From Azolla caroliniana (Eukaryota; Plantae; Polypodiophyta), in assembly GCA_043228905.1 (NCBI GenBank), contig JBHGNT010000008.1, positions 20,956,001 through 21,020,000 on the forward strand: DNA of 64,000 bases, written 5' to 3'. The position numbers were made by a program, and so were the translations under genes. The notes under the pieces were generated by a model that worked only from the letters and a program-made list of their open reading frames with translations, was not told where the DNA came from and ran no database searches. Positions 12,811-24,739 of the stretch are shown in pieces (within the stretch, counting starts at the first letter, position 1; every line of letters begins with the position of its first letter).

Positions 12811-13115
12811 TGTCATAATATGACAAGACTCGAACCCACGACCTTATGGTATATGGGTCGAGCTCTTAACCATCACACCATCTATTGTAATTCATAGGAT
12901 ATTATTTTCATTTATGTTTTATTATAAGAAAGTAATGTATATTCCAAATTTCTCTGGAATATTCTAGAAGTTTCAGGATTACTCCTGACAACACTATAAA
13001 AGAAGGCACTAAGCATTATGTTGAACCAAATTGGTTCAAACTATCAGGAATAATACTACTTGTCGTTCAGCCTACTTGTCGTTCTCCCTCATCCTCCTAC
13101 CCTTTTCCATATACT

Positions 13116-14270
13116 ATGGCTATTGTTAGCGCCCAAGCAAATCAATCCATTTTCTCCGAGTTACAATGCCTAAACGAAAAGTTTGTTGCCCTGAAACAAG
13201 AAAACCAACGGTTGATAGGGGATCTGCAACAAATCGCTCTCGGAAAACAACAAACGCAACAATATGGGGAGTTAGCATTACGGGTACAATAACTCGAAGC
13301 AGCGTTGCAACAACAAGGATCAAGTCCCCAAGGATTTCATAAAGAGCCCAAGATTGGACTTCCTATGAAATTTGATGGAATGTGATCGCCATTCCGGGGA
13401 TTCCTTAATCAGGTACGCTTAGTCATTCAAATGCATCCTTCCCGATATCCCACTGATGCATCTCGAGTCGACCTAATAGGCACGTTACTTAGCGGCTCAG
13501 CCTTGGCATGGTTCGCTCCGCTTCTAGAAAAACAATCACCCTTGCTTAATAACTTTGAAGATTTTATTGGTGAGTTTAAAACCTGCTTTAGAGATACCGA
13601 CAGCATCAGGACGGCGATCAACAAGATCCGAAGATTGCATCAAGGCGATCGTCCAGCCTCTGCCTACGCGGCAGATTTCCGTGTACTCGCCTCAGATATT
13701 CTCTGCGATGATCAGGCCCTCATGGAGCAGTTTCGCTACGGCTTGCACAATGATGTCAAAGATCTGCTTTTAACCTTCCCCAAAGAACCAAAGTCTCTTA
13801 CGGAGGCAATCAGTCGAGCGGTCCGATGCGACAACTGCCTTTTCGAACGGCGTTCGGAGCGTCAGTTACAAATACCACGTTCTCGGCCGGAACCCACATA
13901 CGCCTCAGTCACAGCTAAACCGTTTGCACGCGATGTACCTCAAGCCAATATTCCGACACCGATGGAGATCGACACCATGCGTCGACGAGGCCCGTTATCG
14001 GAAGAAGAAAAGCAACGACGACGTGCCAATCGATTATGTCTTTATTGTGGTGGACGAGGGCATATCGCCATCAATTGTCCCCATAGGCCAAGAAGACAGG
14101 TAAATCAAATCGTCGCTTGTACTAAACCCGAGTCAATTCTTCCCTTCGGAGTGTCTGGTAGTATTAATAGTACTAATAGAGTGTCGGATAGTTTTCATAG
14201 TACTAATAGCCCAAGTATCTCAAATAAATTTGAAATCCTTAGTCAATTAGATGAAGAGTTAAATGATTGA
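13116..14270 (+). pseudogene. gag: Chromovirus A gag (coiled coil, retrotrans_gag, CCHC)
   Basis: LLSGSALAWF, CLYCGGRGHIAINC; N-terminal part is frameshifted relative to copy B. Confidence 0.9.
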
Positions 14271-17200
14271 GTCCAGCTAAAATAGGAGCCGTTTGGTTGG
14301 ACAGCAGCCTTAGATCTGTACAGCCCATTAGTGGTTCCATTCCTTCCAAGCAAGTTAGCAATGTGTTCCTAGCCCAAGTCATTGTTAGTACTAAAAGTAC
14401 TCCCCCAGTACCCGTCCTAGCACTCTTAGATTCCGGAGCTAATTCCTGTTTCATGGATCGAAATTTTGCCCAAGCTTCTCAGATATCCCTTACAAAACTT
14501 CCTTGTCCCGCATCTGTAGTAGTCATTGATGGTCGTCCCATTGCTTTCGGGAATATTGTAGAAGAATCAGAACCCATTCAAGTTGTCCTAGGTAGTTTTG
14601 TGTGTGTAATATCATTTAATATAATTAGTAGTCCAGAGCATCCCATTGTCCTAGGATTACCTTGGTTTGAATTACATAATCCAGCCATAGATTGGAGAAC
14701 AAGAGAAGTCTGATATCGACCAGCCCAAGAATCTACTCACCGAGTTTCGACCATTTCACTCCATCAATTACGCGAAGAAGGACACAAGGAGGCAATGTTC
14801 CTATTTGCAATATCAGTACATCCTTCCAGCACTATTAAGGACTCCTCAGTACAACTTCCGGCAAAATATCATCCTTATGCCGATGTATTTGACAAGGTAA
14901 AAGCCGGTACCCTTCCTCATCACCGTGCCTATGACTGTCCCATCGATTTACAACCAGGAACCGAGCCACCATGGGGACCAATTTACAACTTGTCACCCAC
15001 TGAGTTAGAAGTCCTTCGAACCTACATAGAGGAGAACTTGGCAAGCGGGTTCATCCGTCATTCGAAATCTCCGGTCGATGCACCCATCTTCTTTGTCAAG
15101 AAGAAAGAAGGCTCACTTCGTCTCGTCGTTGATTACCGCGGATTGAATAAGGTCACCATCCGGAATAGGTATGCACCTCCTCTTATATGCAGTCTTTTAG
15201 AGCAAGTTAATGGTGCCAAGTTTTTTACCAAAATCGATCTACGAGGAGCGTATAACCTCGTGCGGATCCGACCGGGAGATGAATGGAAGACCACCTTTCG
15301 CACACGATATGGGCATTTCGACTATACTGTTATGCCGTTCGGCTTAACCAATGCACCCGCAGTCTTCCAACACATGGCAAATGATATATTCAGAGACCTC
15401 TTGGATATCTGTTTGATCATCTATCTAGATGATCTATTGATTTATTCGAAGACCCAGCAAGAGCATGATTCTCATGTACTATTAGTACTAAAACGACTCC
15501 GCGAGAATGGTCTTTATGCCAAGTTAGAAAAATGTAGCTTTGACTGCAAGCAAGTGGAATTTCTAGGCTACGTCATCTCCTCAAAGGGAATCGCCATGGA
15601 TCCAGCTAAAGTCCAAACTGTACTAGAGTGGCAAATTCCACGGTCGGTACGAGATGTACAATGTTTTCTACGTTTTGCTAACTTCTACCGTAAGTTTATA
15701 TAGGATTGCTCGAAGATTATTTTACCCCTCACACAACTTACGAAGAAGGGCCAAGCATTTCTTTGGTCCATTGAAGCAAATATGGCTTTTCGGCATCTTA
15801 AGAAAGCCTTTACATCATCACCGATTCTAGCTCATGTGGATACCAGCAAACCATTCATCATGGAGGCCGACGCTTCAGATTTCGCTCTTGGTAGCATCCT
15901 TTCTCAACAAGGAGATAAAGAAGAGTTGCATCCGGTGGCTTTCCATTCGCGCAAATTCGATGTCGCGGAAATCAACTACGAAATACATGACAAGGAGTTA
16001 TTAGCCATCGTGGATTCATTTGTGCAATGGCGGCATTTCTTAGAGGGCTCTCCACATCAGGTCATTGTCTTTAGTGATCATAAAAATCTTGCTTATTTTC
16101 AGAACGCTCGTGTACTAAATCGACGGCAAGTTCGGTGGGCGTAATTCCTCACGCGTTTCGACTTCAAAATCACATAACGACCGGGGAAGCAGCAAGGAAA
16201 AGCAAATGCACTATCACGGCGTTCGTATCTTGCACCTCGTCCTGGTGATCCAACATTTGATAATCAAAAGCAAGTAATCTTGGGACCAACACTATTGCAC
16301 ACGACACGGAATTTTCACACCCCGATCGATTCACGGATTACCGATGACATACGTGCAAACTTGAAGACAGATAGTTTTGCTCAAGAAATCCTGGCGCACA
16401 TTGATACTTCTCGGGCATCCTATTCTCAGTCTCAACAACCAGGTATTGACTACCGACAATTCGAATATCATGATGGTTTGTTATTCTTTAAAAAGCGCGT
16501 ATATGTCCCCGATTGCTCCTGTCGCCTTCAAATCGTCCAGCATTGTCACGACACCCATACAACGGGACATTTCGGTAGTACTAAGACATTGGAGCTAGTC
16601 CAACGATCTTTTTGGTGGCCCCACATGCGCAGTTTTGTCGACGACTACGTTTGGACCTGTGATGCTTGCTGCCGAGCAAAGATGCCATGATACCATCCAT
16701 ATGGCTTGTTGGAACCCTTACCGATTCCAAGTAAGCCGTGGCAATCTATTTGTCTTGATTTTATCACAGATCTGCCGGCCTTGCAGGGGTTCGATGCTAT
16801 CTTAACCGTCGTCGATCGATATACGAAGATGGCCATCACTAGCGAGGAAACTGCCACCCTACTCATGCGTGAGGTATTTCGGCATCATGGCCTCCCAGAC
16901 AGTATCATCAGTGAACGAGGACCACAATTTGTGTCCAAATTTTGGCAGCATCTCTTCAAGATGCTCAAGGTCTCTTGTAACCTCTCCTCCAGCTACCATC
17001 CTCAGACCGATAGGCAAGCAAAACGAACAAACCAAACACTGGAGCAATATCTCCGGTGTTTCCTGAGTTATCAACAGGACGATTGGACCGAGATTCTCCA
17101 CTTTGCGGAGTTTGCATATATTAATGTTGTTCACTCCTCGACTCGAGTCTCCCCATTCTACGCTTATACCGGTTCTCATCCTCATTGGTCGGTGATCGAC

Positions 17201-17812
17201 ACCCCGGAGCTACCTACCAATCCTCGTGCCGGGGATCATTTGGAGAGACTACGCAAGATCCAAACAGATCTCTCGACTCATCTTCGTCATGCTCAACAGA
17301 CACAGAAGACTTACGCGGATTGTCATCGGCTTACCTCCTCTTCTGCCATCGGAGATCGAGTATAGCTCTTACGTCGTCACATCAAGACTACTCGACCGTG
17401 CGACAAGTTGGATTATCGACGACTCGGTCCTTTCCGTATTACGAGTAAAGTTAATGATGTCACATTCCGCCTTGATCTCCCTTTGCAGCTTGAGATACAT
17501 CCGGTTTTCCATTGTTCTCTTCTTGAACCTTATAAAGCCAACACAATTCCCGATTGTGTTACACCACCGCCGCCCCCGCTGGAGTTGGACGCCGACCCGG
17601 AGTATGAAGTTGCTGCCATCCTCGATTCCAAACATATTCGCAACAAACTTTATTATTTGGTCGATTGGCTTGGTTATAGTCCGAGCGAACGCCCTTGGGA
17701 ACTCGTCGAGCATGTTGCCAATGCTCAGGATCTGCTTGCTAATTTCCACTGAAAGTATCCGGACAAACCAGGTCCGCAATCAGCGCCGACTCGTTCCACT
17801 CGTCGTCTTTAA
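14258..17812 (+). pseudogene. pol: Chromovirus A pol: PR, RT, RNase H, integrase, chromodomain
   Basis: LLDSGANSCF, IYLDDLLIYS, MEADASDFALG, CLDFITDLP, EYEVAAILDSK...YLVDWLGY; several stops. Confidence 0.95.
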
Positions 17813-17823
17813 GGGGGAGATAG

Positions 17824-18270
17824 TGTCATGATATGGCAAGACTCGAACCCATGACCATATGTTACATGGGTCGAGCTCTTAACCATTACACCATCTATTG
17901 TAATTCATAGGATATTATTTTCATTTATGTTTTATTATAAGAAAGTAATGTATATTCCAGATTTCTCTGGAATATTCTAGAAGTTTCAGGATTACTCCTA
18001 ACAACACTATAAAAGAAGGCACTAAGCATTATGTTGAACCAAATTTGTTCAACGCCAGTCTTAAGCCTCTCAGCTGCTTTGTACTTATCTTTTCACATAA
18101 TATATTAGCTGTTGTCATCATCTTTCTCTCTCTCTCATCCTCGCTATCTCTCTCTCTCTCCTCTTCTCACTTGCTCTCTCGGGAATCTTACGCAGTCCCG
18201 TTCTCTTAGTACTAATAGTATTGCTCTTCTTAGTACTAATTCCATCTCTGCTTTAGTACTATTCCTGACA
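17824..18270 (+). repeat. 3' LTR of A
   Basis: TGTCATGA...CCTGACA; homologous to the LTRs of B, D and H. Confidence 0.95.
17830..17899 (-). promoter_or_regulatory. tRNA-like Pol III A/B-box cassette, antisense in U3; present in all chromovirus LTRs that keep this end
   Basis: TGGTGTAATGG and GGTTCGAGTC start 44 nt apart, the canonical tRNA position 8 to 52 spacing. Confidence 0.65.
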
Positions 18271-18734
18271 GTAGCGGCGCTGCTAGACAGGTTTCGCGTC
18301 CATTGCTAAATTTATCTTATGCTGATAGAACTTGGGATCTAACCCCTTCATGTCCTCGTGAGCCCAAGCGAACACATCTTTATATTCCGTGAGTAGTGCG
18401 ATCATTGTGATTCTCTGGTCGGCCTCAATTCCTTTGCTATGGAGAGGAGTCAGGGTTCCGATCCTGTACCCACATTCACTTCGTCGAGAGCGGAAGCAGT
18501 GGCTCGTCTTGAAATCTCCATTTCCCTTTCGAAGGCCGCCTGTGCTCTGGTGAGTTCCAATATGGACTCTGGGTTTGGTTCGTACGGCTCTTCGTGCGGA
18601 ACAATGGTCGTAGTATATTCCGCCGCAGTTCCGATGACATCTATTTCGAACAGCGGAATAATCCGAGGATGTTCGTCCAGGTACGCTTCCAATTCGGCAT
18701 CCTCCACCCCAGCCAGCATATTGATGTCTTCCGC
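18271..18734 (-). pseudogene. pol: K pol segment upstream of RT
   Basis: LDEVNVG...LLTEYKDVFAW...MKGLDP pre-RT motif; continues the RT interrupted by A. Confidence 0.8.
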
Positions 18735-19438
18735 TGTCGTGCCTTTCGGCTCCGGATCGTTGCGTGAGTCGGGTGGGAACCGCCGAGGTTTTTGACTAGG
18801 AGGAAGAGGAATACAAATTAAGGCTAGTTATGAATAGTGGAAAGAGAAGTAAGATAACAATCTCGTGAATCCCACGAGTTTAGTGTATTTAAAACAATAT
18901 TTAGATTATAAGAGTAATTTAGATGGCAAAATTCGTGAATCCCACGAATATATTAGATTGATCAATCCCTGTATATTAATCAACAACCTTATACATATTT
19001 CTCTCCTCCTTATATAAAGATGGAAGAGGCTAAGCATGGCTTCATGCTTTTTCACCAATTGTGTCCATGCACACTAAATGTGCATGTGATGCTTTGTCAT
19101 TTCCTAAGTATAGGGCTCATGCACGCTAGATGTGCATGAGTCACTTTTAATGCCACGTGTAAATAAAATATTCACACCCTAAAGAATACATGATTTTTAC
19201 CTTTTAATAAAGGTATGTGTAAATAAAGGTCTTATACGTATTAAATCTATATATATAACACTAAAGATAAGTTATTACAATGGTAAAGTTGGGGTTTATC
19301 TACGTGGAGGTGTAGGGTTCGAATCCTGCCCTATGCACGTGATAAATGTTTTGATATATTATTTATTTATTTATATGTATCTAAAATCGGATATATTATT
19401 TTATGGTTTTCACGTAGTGTGTGGAATACACTACGACA
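18735..19438 (-). mobile_element. 704-bp solo LTR-like insertion, copy 1
   Basis: TGTCGT...ACGACA termini; 4-bp TSD CCGC; near-identical inverted copy at 37236-37939. Confidence 0.85.
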
Positions 19439-21400
19439 CCGCGTATAACGGTGTTATACCCTTAGGTTGTGGCGTGTTGCCTTCCGTAGGTACCCGAACC
19501 TTGGTGCGTCCATGTCGGAAACTAATACACTCGTGTTGCCAGCTCTGCTTGATATTTGTTGTCTGAAGCCATGGTCTGCCCAGAAGCATTGGGTACGCTC
19601 CTGGGGCGTCCAAAGCGAGGACGACCGCCGATATGTCGAAGCGGTGTCCGCCCACGATGATACCTATTTTGCGAATTAGCCCCAACGGTCGCACTAATCG
19701 GGTATCTGCCATGCGAAGCCAGAATGGACACATTGACGCATGTTCGCAAGTTTTCGCGCTAATCACATTGACGCCTGAGCCACTGTCGATTACGCATCCC
19801 ACAACTTCCTGTCCGTGCAATATTACTGTAATGGCCGGGTTGTGCTAATCCACCACTAGTGGTCCCTCGCTGACGTCTGTCAGGTTTGTGGCAACGCGCG
19901 CCTCGGTCATGCCCGCCACCTGTGCTTCCATGGTATGGCGGAAACATTGAACTAGCTGTAGCATTTTTTCCATAGTTAACGTGATTTCACAGCCTGCTAA
20001 CACCTGCCAAATGGGGTCCGGCCCCGGTTTTTCGTTCTCTGTTCGCTCCATTGTGTTCGCAGACTCCTGCCTCATACGTTCCGTATTGGTCGCATTTGCT
20101 TTTTCCACCCAGGCTTGGGCTTGTCGTCGTACCTCATCCTGCGCAGCCCAATCCGCCGTTTTCGTTTGCTGGCGTGTTGTGACTTGTTGCACCTCTGTCG
20201 TAATCGTGTTAATGGCGGGCCCCTTTCCCTTGCGTGTTGGGCATTGCGTGGCATAGTGTCCGAGTTGCTGACAAATAAAACAATGGATGCTTGATTCTCC
20301 CTTCTCATCCTTAGGTGGAGTGTGCCACTCTCCGGGCGCTACTTGCTCTTCGCGGTCCGGCCTCGTTTGTCGGAACGTACGCGGTGGCTGCTGTTGGTCC
20401 CGTCGTTGTTCCTGGTGCCGCTCATCCCCCGAGCTTTTGTCATAACGCCGGTGATCCCTATATTGTCGAGGCTTACCCCGATAGCCATTGAAGCCGCCCC
20501 GTTTGTTTGTCGGGTGTTGATGTTCGTATCGCTGACCCCCTTTGGCGTAACTCGGATGTCCACGATAATCCTCATCCTCCGGGTCGTCCTCCTCGGACTC
20601 GTTGTGATTCCGGCGATTTTGGTTGTCCTGGTCCTCCCGCGGGTTGCGATCCTTATACCAAGGTCGGTCTTCTTGCCTCCTTTGTGCCGCCCGGTGCGGT
20701 TGACGCTGTGTGTCCATGTTGCGGACCACGGGAGTGGCTCTGTTTAACATATTGTACTCGCATTGGTCGACTGTGTGAACCTTCGAGTGGCAGATTGGGC
20801 AGTGGATTCGCATATTGCACTCCACCGCGGAATGCCCCAAGTTCAAGCAAATTGTGCACTGGATTGCTTGACAAAATTGGCGTTCCTCATCCTGAGGTAA
20901 TGCTTGTCGTAAGGATGACATCGAAAACCTCTCCTCCTCGTCATCCAACTCGAGTTGTAATGCTCATTCAATCACCATATCCGTCGTTTCCCCTTTCACG
21001 CTATTGTTGTTGAGCGTTGCCTGGATGGGCCGGCGTAACGTGGCCAGAAATGTCTCCCGTCGTAAATTTTGGAAACGTAAGCTGAAGTCTGCTATCGTCT
21101 CGGTCGGTAGTTGCTTAATTGTATAAAACTGCCCGAGAATCTCGCGTTGTGGAACCCTCCGGTGGAAGAATCGCAAGAAGGCGGACTGCAGCTGATCGAA
21201 GGTTGTTATGGCTAGGAAGTCCATCTGTGAATGCCAGAACGCCGCATGCCCATCTAATGTTAATCCGAACTCCGTCATTTTCGACTGGTGTGCCACCGTC
21301 TCGGAGAGATTCTGCGCCACGTGGTTCGCATTCCAAACGTTCAAGAACATGCGAATATGAGTTGCGGCGTCGGTTTCGCCGTTAAAGGTCACCGGGTGGC
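19439..21400 (-). pseudogene. gag: K gag and protease
   Basis: Three CCHC knuckles (CTICLNLGHSAVEC, CPICHSKVHTVDQC, CFICQQLGHYATQC); protease CVIDSGSGVNVIS in the same frame after one stop. Confidence 0.9.
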
Positions 21401-21648
21401 TGCGGTGAGCTTGGTCCCCTCGTCTCGTCGAGGTATTTGGGGAGCAAGGAATCCCCTTTGCACTCCTGGCAGGTAGTACTTAGGTCGCCGATGCGCGGCT
21501 TTTGCCAGGCGCGTTCTTCTGCCTAGCGTGTGACGAACCTTGTTATTGGTCGGTCTTGTCTTGTTGGTTCTCTAGGTCGTCTACGGCTAAACATCCATTC
21601 GTTGTTGCTTGTCTGTGAGGAAACACAGATCACCAAGTGTGCCAAAAG

Positions 21649-22087
21649 TGTTGCCTCTTAGGAACACGGTCCGTGGTCAGTCCTTCCACCTAGACCCCAA
21701 GGTGGGTGTGGAACAACGAACAGGGCTTAAGCGTACTACGTAAGGAGAGAACCTCTGTGATTCCTCCGCGTGTAAGGGAAGACGGCTACAACCGACTCCT
21801 TATCACAGGTTACACTTACGTACTACTACGCTTACGTATCCGAGACACAGACATTGAATTAGCCATAGCTATACACAGAAACTCAAAGAAGATAGCATTC
21901 TATTATCAGGCGTTCTTTTACATTTCCCAAAATTTACACACACCTCCATAAGAGGTTTTCTGCCCTTTATATATGCAGGGTCTAATTAGTGGTTCATGCT
22001 TCCCGCATGAACCGTTACATACGTTATGCTTATATAGTTTCTTATTGCTATGCTTTTGGCCGTCGGTTACTATTCCGGCGGACAACA
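21649..22087 (-). repeat. 5' LTR of K
   Basis: Direct repeat of 6679-7117; PBS-like TGGCACACTTGGTG follows on the - strand. Confidence 0.95.
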
Positions 22088-23106
22088 TCAAGGCAACAAC
22101 CTTGGCTACTATCTTCACCCGATTGGGTGGATAAGACAACAACGATTACAGTTGAGTATAGTCTCCCTTGTTTTGAGTTAGAGGAAATGAACTAGCCTCA
22201 AGGCAACAACCTTGGCTACTATCTTCACCCTATTGGGTGGACAAGACAACAAAGATTACAACTAAGTGTAGTCTCTCTAGTTTTGAACTATAGGAAATGA
22301 ACTAGCCTAACGGCAACAACCTTAGCTACTATCTTCACCCTATTGGGTAGATAAATCAACAAAAAGTAGAAAATAGAAGGAAAAACAAACAATGAAGGAA
22401 CCTGATACGGATTGAAAGAAGAGGTACGTCACGAACAACCCCTCGTGGATCTCTTTTCTTCTGCAAGGCGCTCTCGCTCTTGCTCTCATACTCAGGCAAT
22501 GGGTCTCTTCGTTTGTTGTTTTTATCTCTTTGTTCTCTCACTTCTCTGTGTATACCGTTGTCTCTATACTCAGAGTTATCTCTGTTTTCTCTCCTTCACT
22601 CGATGTTTCTATCTCTCATTTTTCAACACTTTCTTTCTTTTCTTATATGCTGGCTTTTTGTTCTCTGTCACACTATTTTGTGTTTACACCTCTTTCTTTA
22701 GCCTTGTAGAGTAACGTCTCTTTTCGTATTTGTATTCACAACTGAACATACAAAAAGACACACCAAAAAAAACATAATAAAACATACATACATACTTGTC
22801 CACACGTATATATATCCCACATATACATGTATATGTAGATATATTTGTAAATAGGTATATGTTAATATAGTTATAACTAATTATATCCTCTCTCTTTTAT
22901 CCTTTTCAACCCCAAACCGAATCAGCACCCAACCAATTCAGTGATTAGCTTGTAGGTGGTTGTTAGTCGACTCTCGACTTTTTGTCGATTCTTAGCCAGG
23001 TCTAAGTCGGGTCTTCGACCAGTCGGCTATTCAGGCCTAGCTGACTCTCAATCATCTCTTTGGCTGCAACCGATTGTGGGCTCCACTTGAGTGGATAAAG
23101 CCAACA
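22088..23106 (-). repeat. 5' LTR of J, remainder, with ~110-bp tandem repeats
   Basis: Repeat units start at 22088, 22198 and 22308; the rest aligns with 1-812. Confidence 0.85.
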
Positions 23107-23973
23107 TTTATGGATGTGCGCGGTGCATGGCATTCAAAGCTAAAGAATTCTTTGGCATCCCTTCAATTCTCTAGAATCTGTGCAAACACGCAAGGTTGTT
23201 GCCTATCAAGGTTGGATAGATTCTACCTAAGCCAAAAACTTATTGAAATGAAAGGAAATACCTATATTCTTTCTCGGAGCGCATGTACTCACACCACTCT
23301 CCCATACTGTTCGACATCAACCCCATAGTGAAGAGAACATGACCATGTAACCCCAAATGCGCATGGTCGGCAAAAGGTAGGCTTGTGGCAGCCAAACAAT
23401 TGTTAGTTGATCACATTAACCAGCATAACCACGTGCTTTACAGGAAGTCTAATGTGTGATGGGGAAAGAAAGGGGATTTATCTAGCGAGGAATTATTCCG
23501 TTCAAAGGAACCGGCGAGAACTGATGGACAACCAACAAGCCTACTACAGCCAAATGGTTACAAGTAGACATGACCCTAAAGAGATTATGGAAATCGTGAC
23601 TTCTTTGTACAAGGACCTAATAGCACCATAGATTTCATGCTCCGACCCCTCCTTCTCCATGGAAGTTCTTACATGCATACAACCCCACTTTCAAGGGCTG
23701 ATTAGAGCAGAATATATAAACCCTTAGATAAAGGTGAGATTGTAAATGGATTGAGGAAAATTAGTCTTGCACCATGTCCAGGGGTTGATGCAATTCCATG
23801 GACTTTCTTCGATATATTTTGGGACGCAATCTCTGATAAAATTGCGAAAGGTTTCCATGAAATGTGGAGCACCAAACACATGCCAGAGTTGTTTGTAGAG
23901 GCGAGTTCTACTTAATCCCCAAAGGAACATGAGAAATACAAAATATTCAAAATTGGAGGCCTAGTACTATTCT
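23107..23973 (+). mobile_element. Degenerate L1-type LINE ORF2 fragment
   Basis: SRLDRFY (endonuclease end), CPGVDAIP and LIPK...NWRP (RT start). Confidence 0.7.
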
Positions 23974-24739
23974 TGTTGAGAGACAAGCTCAACATTCGGT
24001 GCAAAGTACGCAGCGTAACCCTAGTGCGTAGACTTGGTGCGTGAAAAAGTACACACAACAGTGCCGCATCAGTGAGAAAACCGAAGAGACTGTTAGAGTG
24101 TTATTCCTCATAAAGGAATAATTTTGGGAATTTGTGTAGTCGACTCATTTATGAGCAGTCAAGTACTGTAAGTACTTGAGTCAGCCCAATTGTCAAGGCT
24201 TGTATAAAAGGTGCTCACTGAGCACGGTGTATGTACAAATTGAGTATTATTTTGAATCGAATTTTTGTGTGTCTTCTCTCTCTCCATTCAAGCTCTCCAT
24301 TAAACTTGCATATTTTTTGTGTTCGGTTTTCTACTTGCTTCCGCACGCTATTCTTTTCATGGTATCAAAGCGAGAGGGTTGAGAACCTCCGCAGCCGACC
24401 TTAGCTCAAGAAGAAAACCTAACCTTCGTAAAGAACAAGAAAAGCAAATGGATAGAGGCATGGCAAGCTCGCTTCCAACAGAGAAGCTCGACAGAAAGAA
24501 CTACGCATCTTGGTCTTAGAAGATGCACCAGTACCTGCTTGGGCATGGTTACTAGAGCTACGTCGACAAAGCAAATGACACAGCACCCGATTCGACACAC
24601 AAAGACTTCCCGGCTTGGGAACAGTCACCAAGTAGAGTTCTCTACTGCTTCGCGTCTTTTGCGGGCGAACAGCTTATAAGCGATATTCGGGATGCGAAAA
24701 TGCCGAAGGATGCTTGGGGAAATCTAAAGAAGATTTTCA
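23974..24739 (+). mobile_element. 5' end of Copia F: LTR 23974-24359, PBS-Met 24360-24371, gag start
   Basis: TGTTGAG...CA then TGGTATCAAAGC; MDRGMASSLPTEKLDRKNYASWS matches G gag. Confidence 0.88.

Larger units (their letters stand above)
12811..18270 (+). mobile_element. Tcn1-like chromovirus A inserted in K RT
   Basis: LTRs 12811-~13040 (rearranged) and 17824-18270; TSD GAAGC/GTAGC; PPT AAGGGGGAGATAG at 17811-17823; chromodomain present. Confidence 0.93.
6679..22087 (-). mobile_element. Full-length non-chromovirus Ty3/Gypsy element K (Phygy/Athila/Tat-related) with 439-bp LTRs and a 3' extra ORF
   Basis: LTRs 6679-7117 and 21649-22087 (TG...CA); TSD TTAAG/TCAAG (1 mismatch); order gag-PR-RT-RH-INT; degenerate tRNA-Arg PBS at 21627-21644. 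Confidence 0.93.

Noticed and set aside
17830-17899. Functional tRNA gene
   Set aside because: Acceptor and T stems pair poorly; only the promoter boxes and their spacing are tRNA-like.
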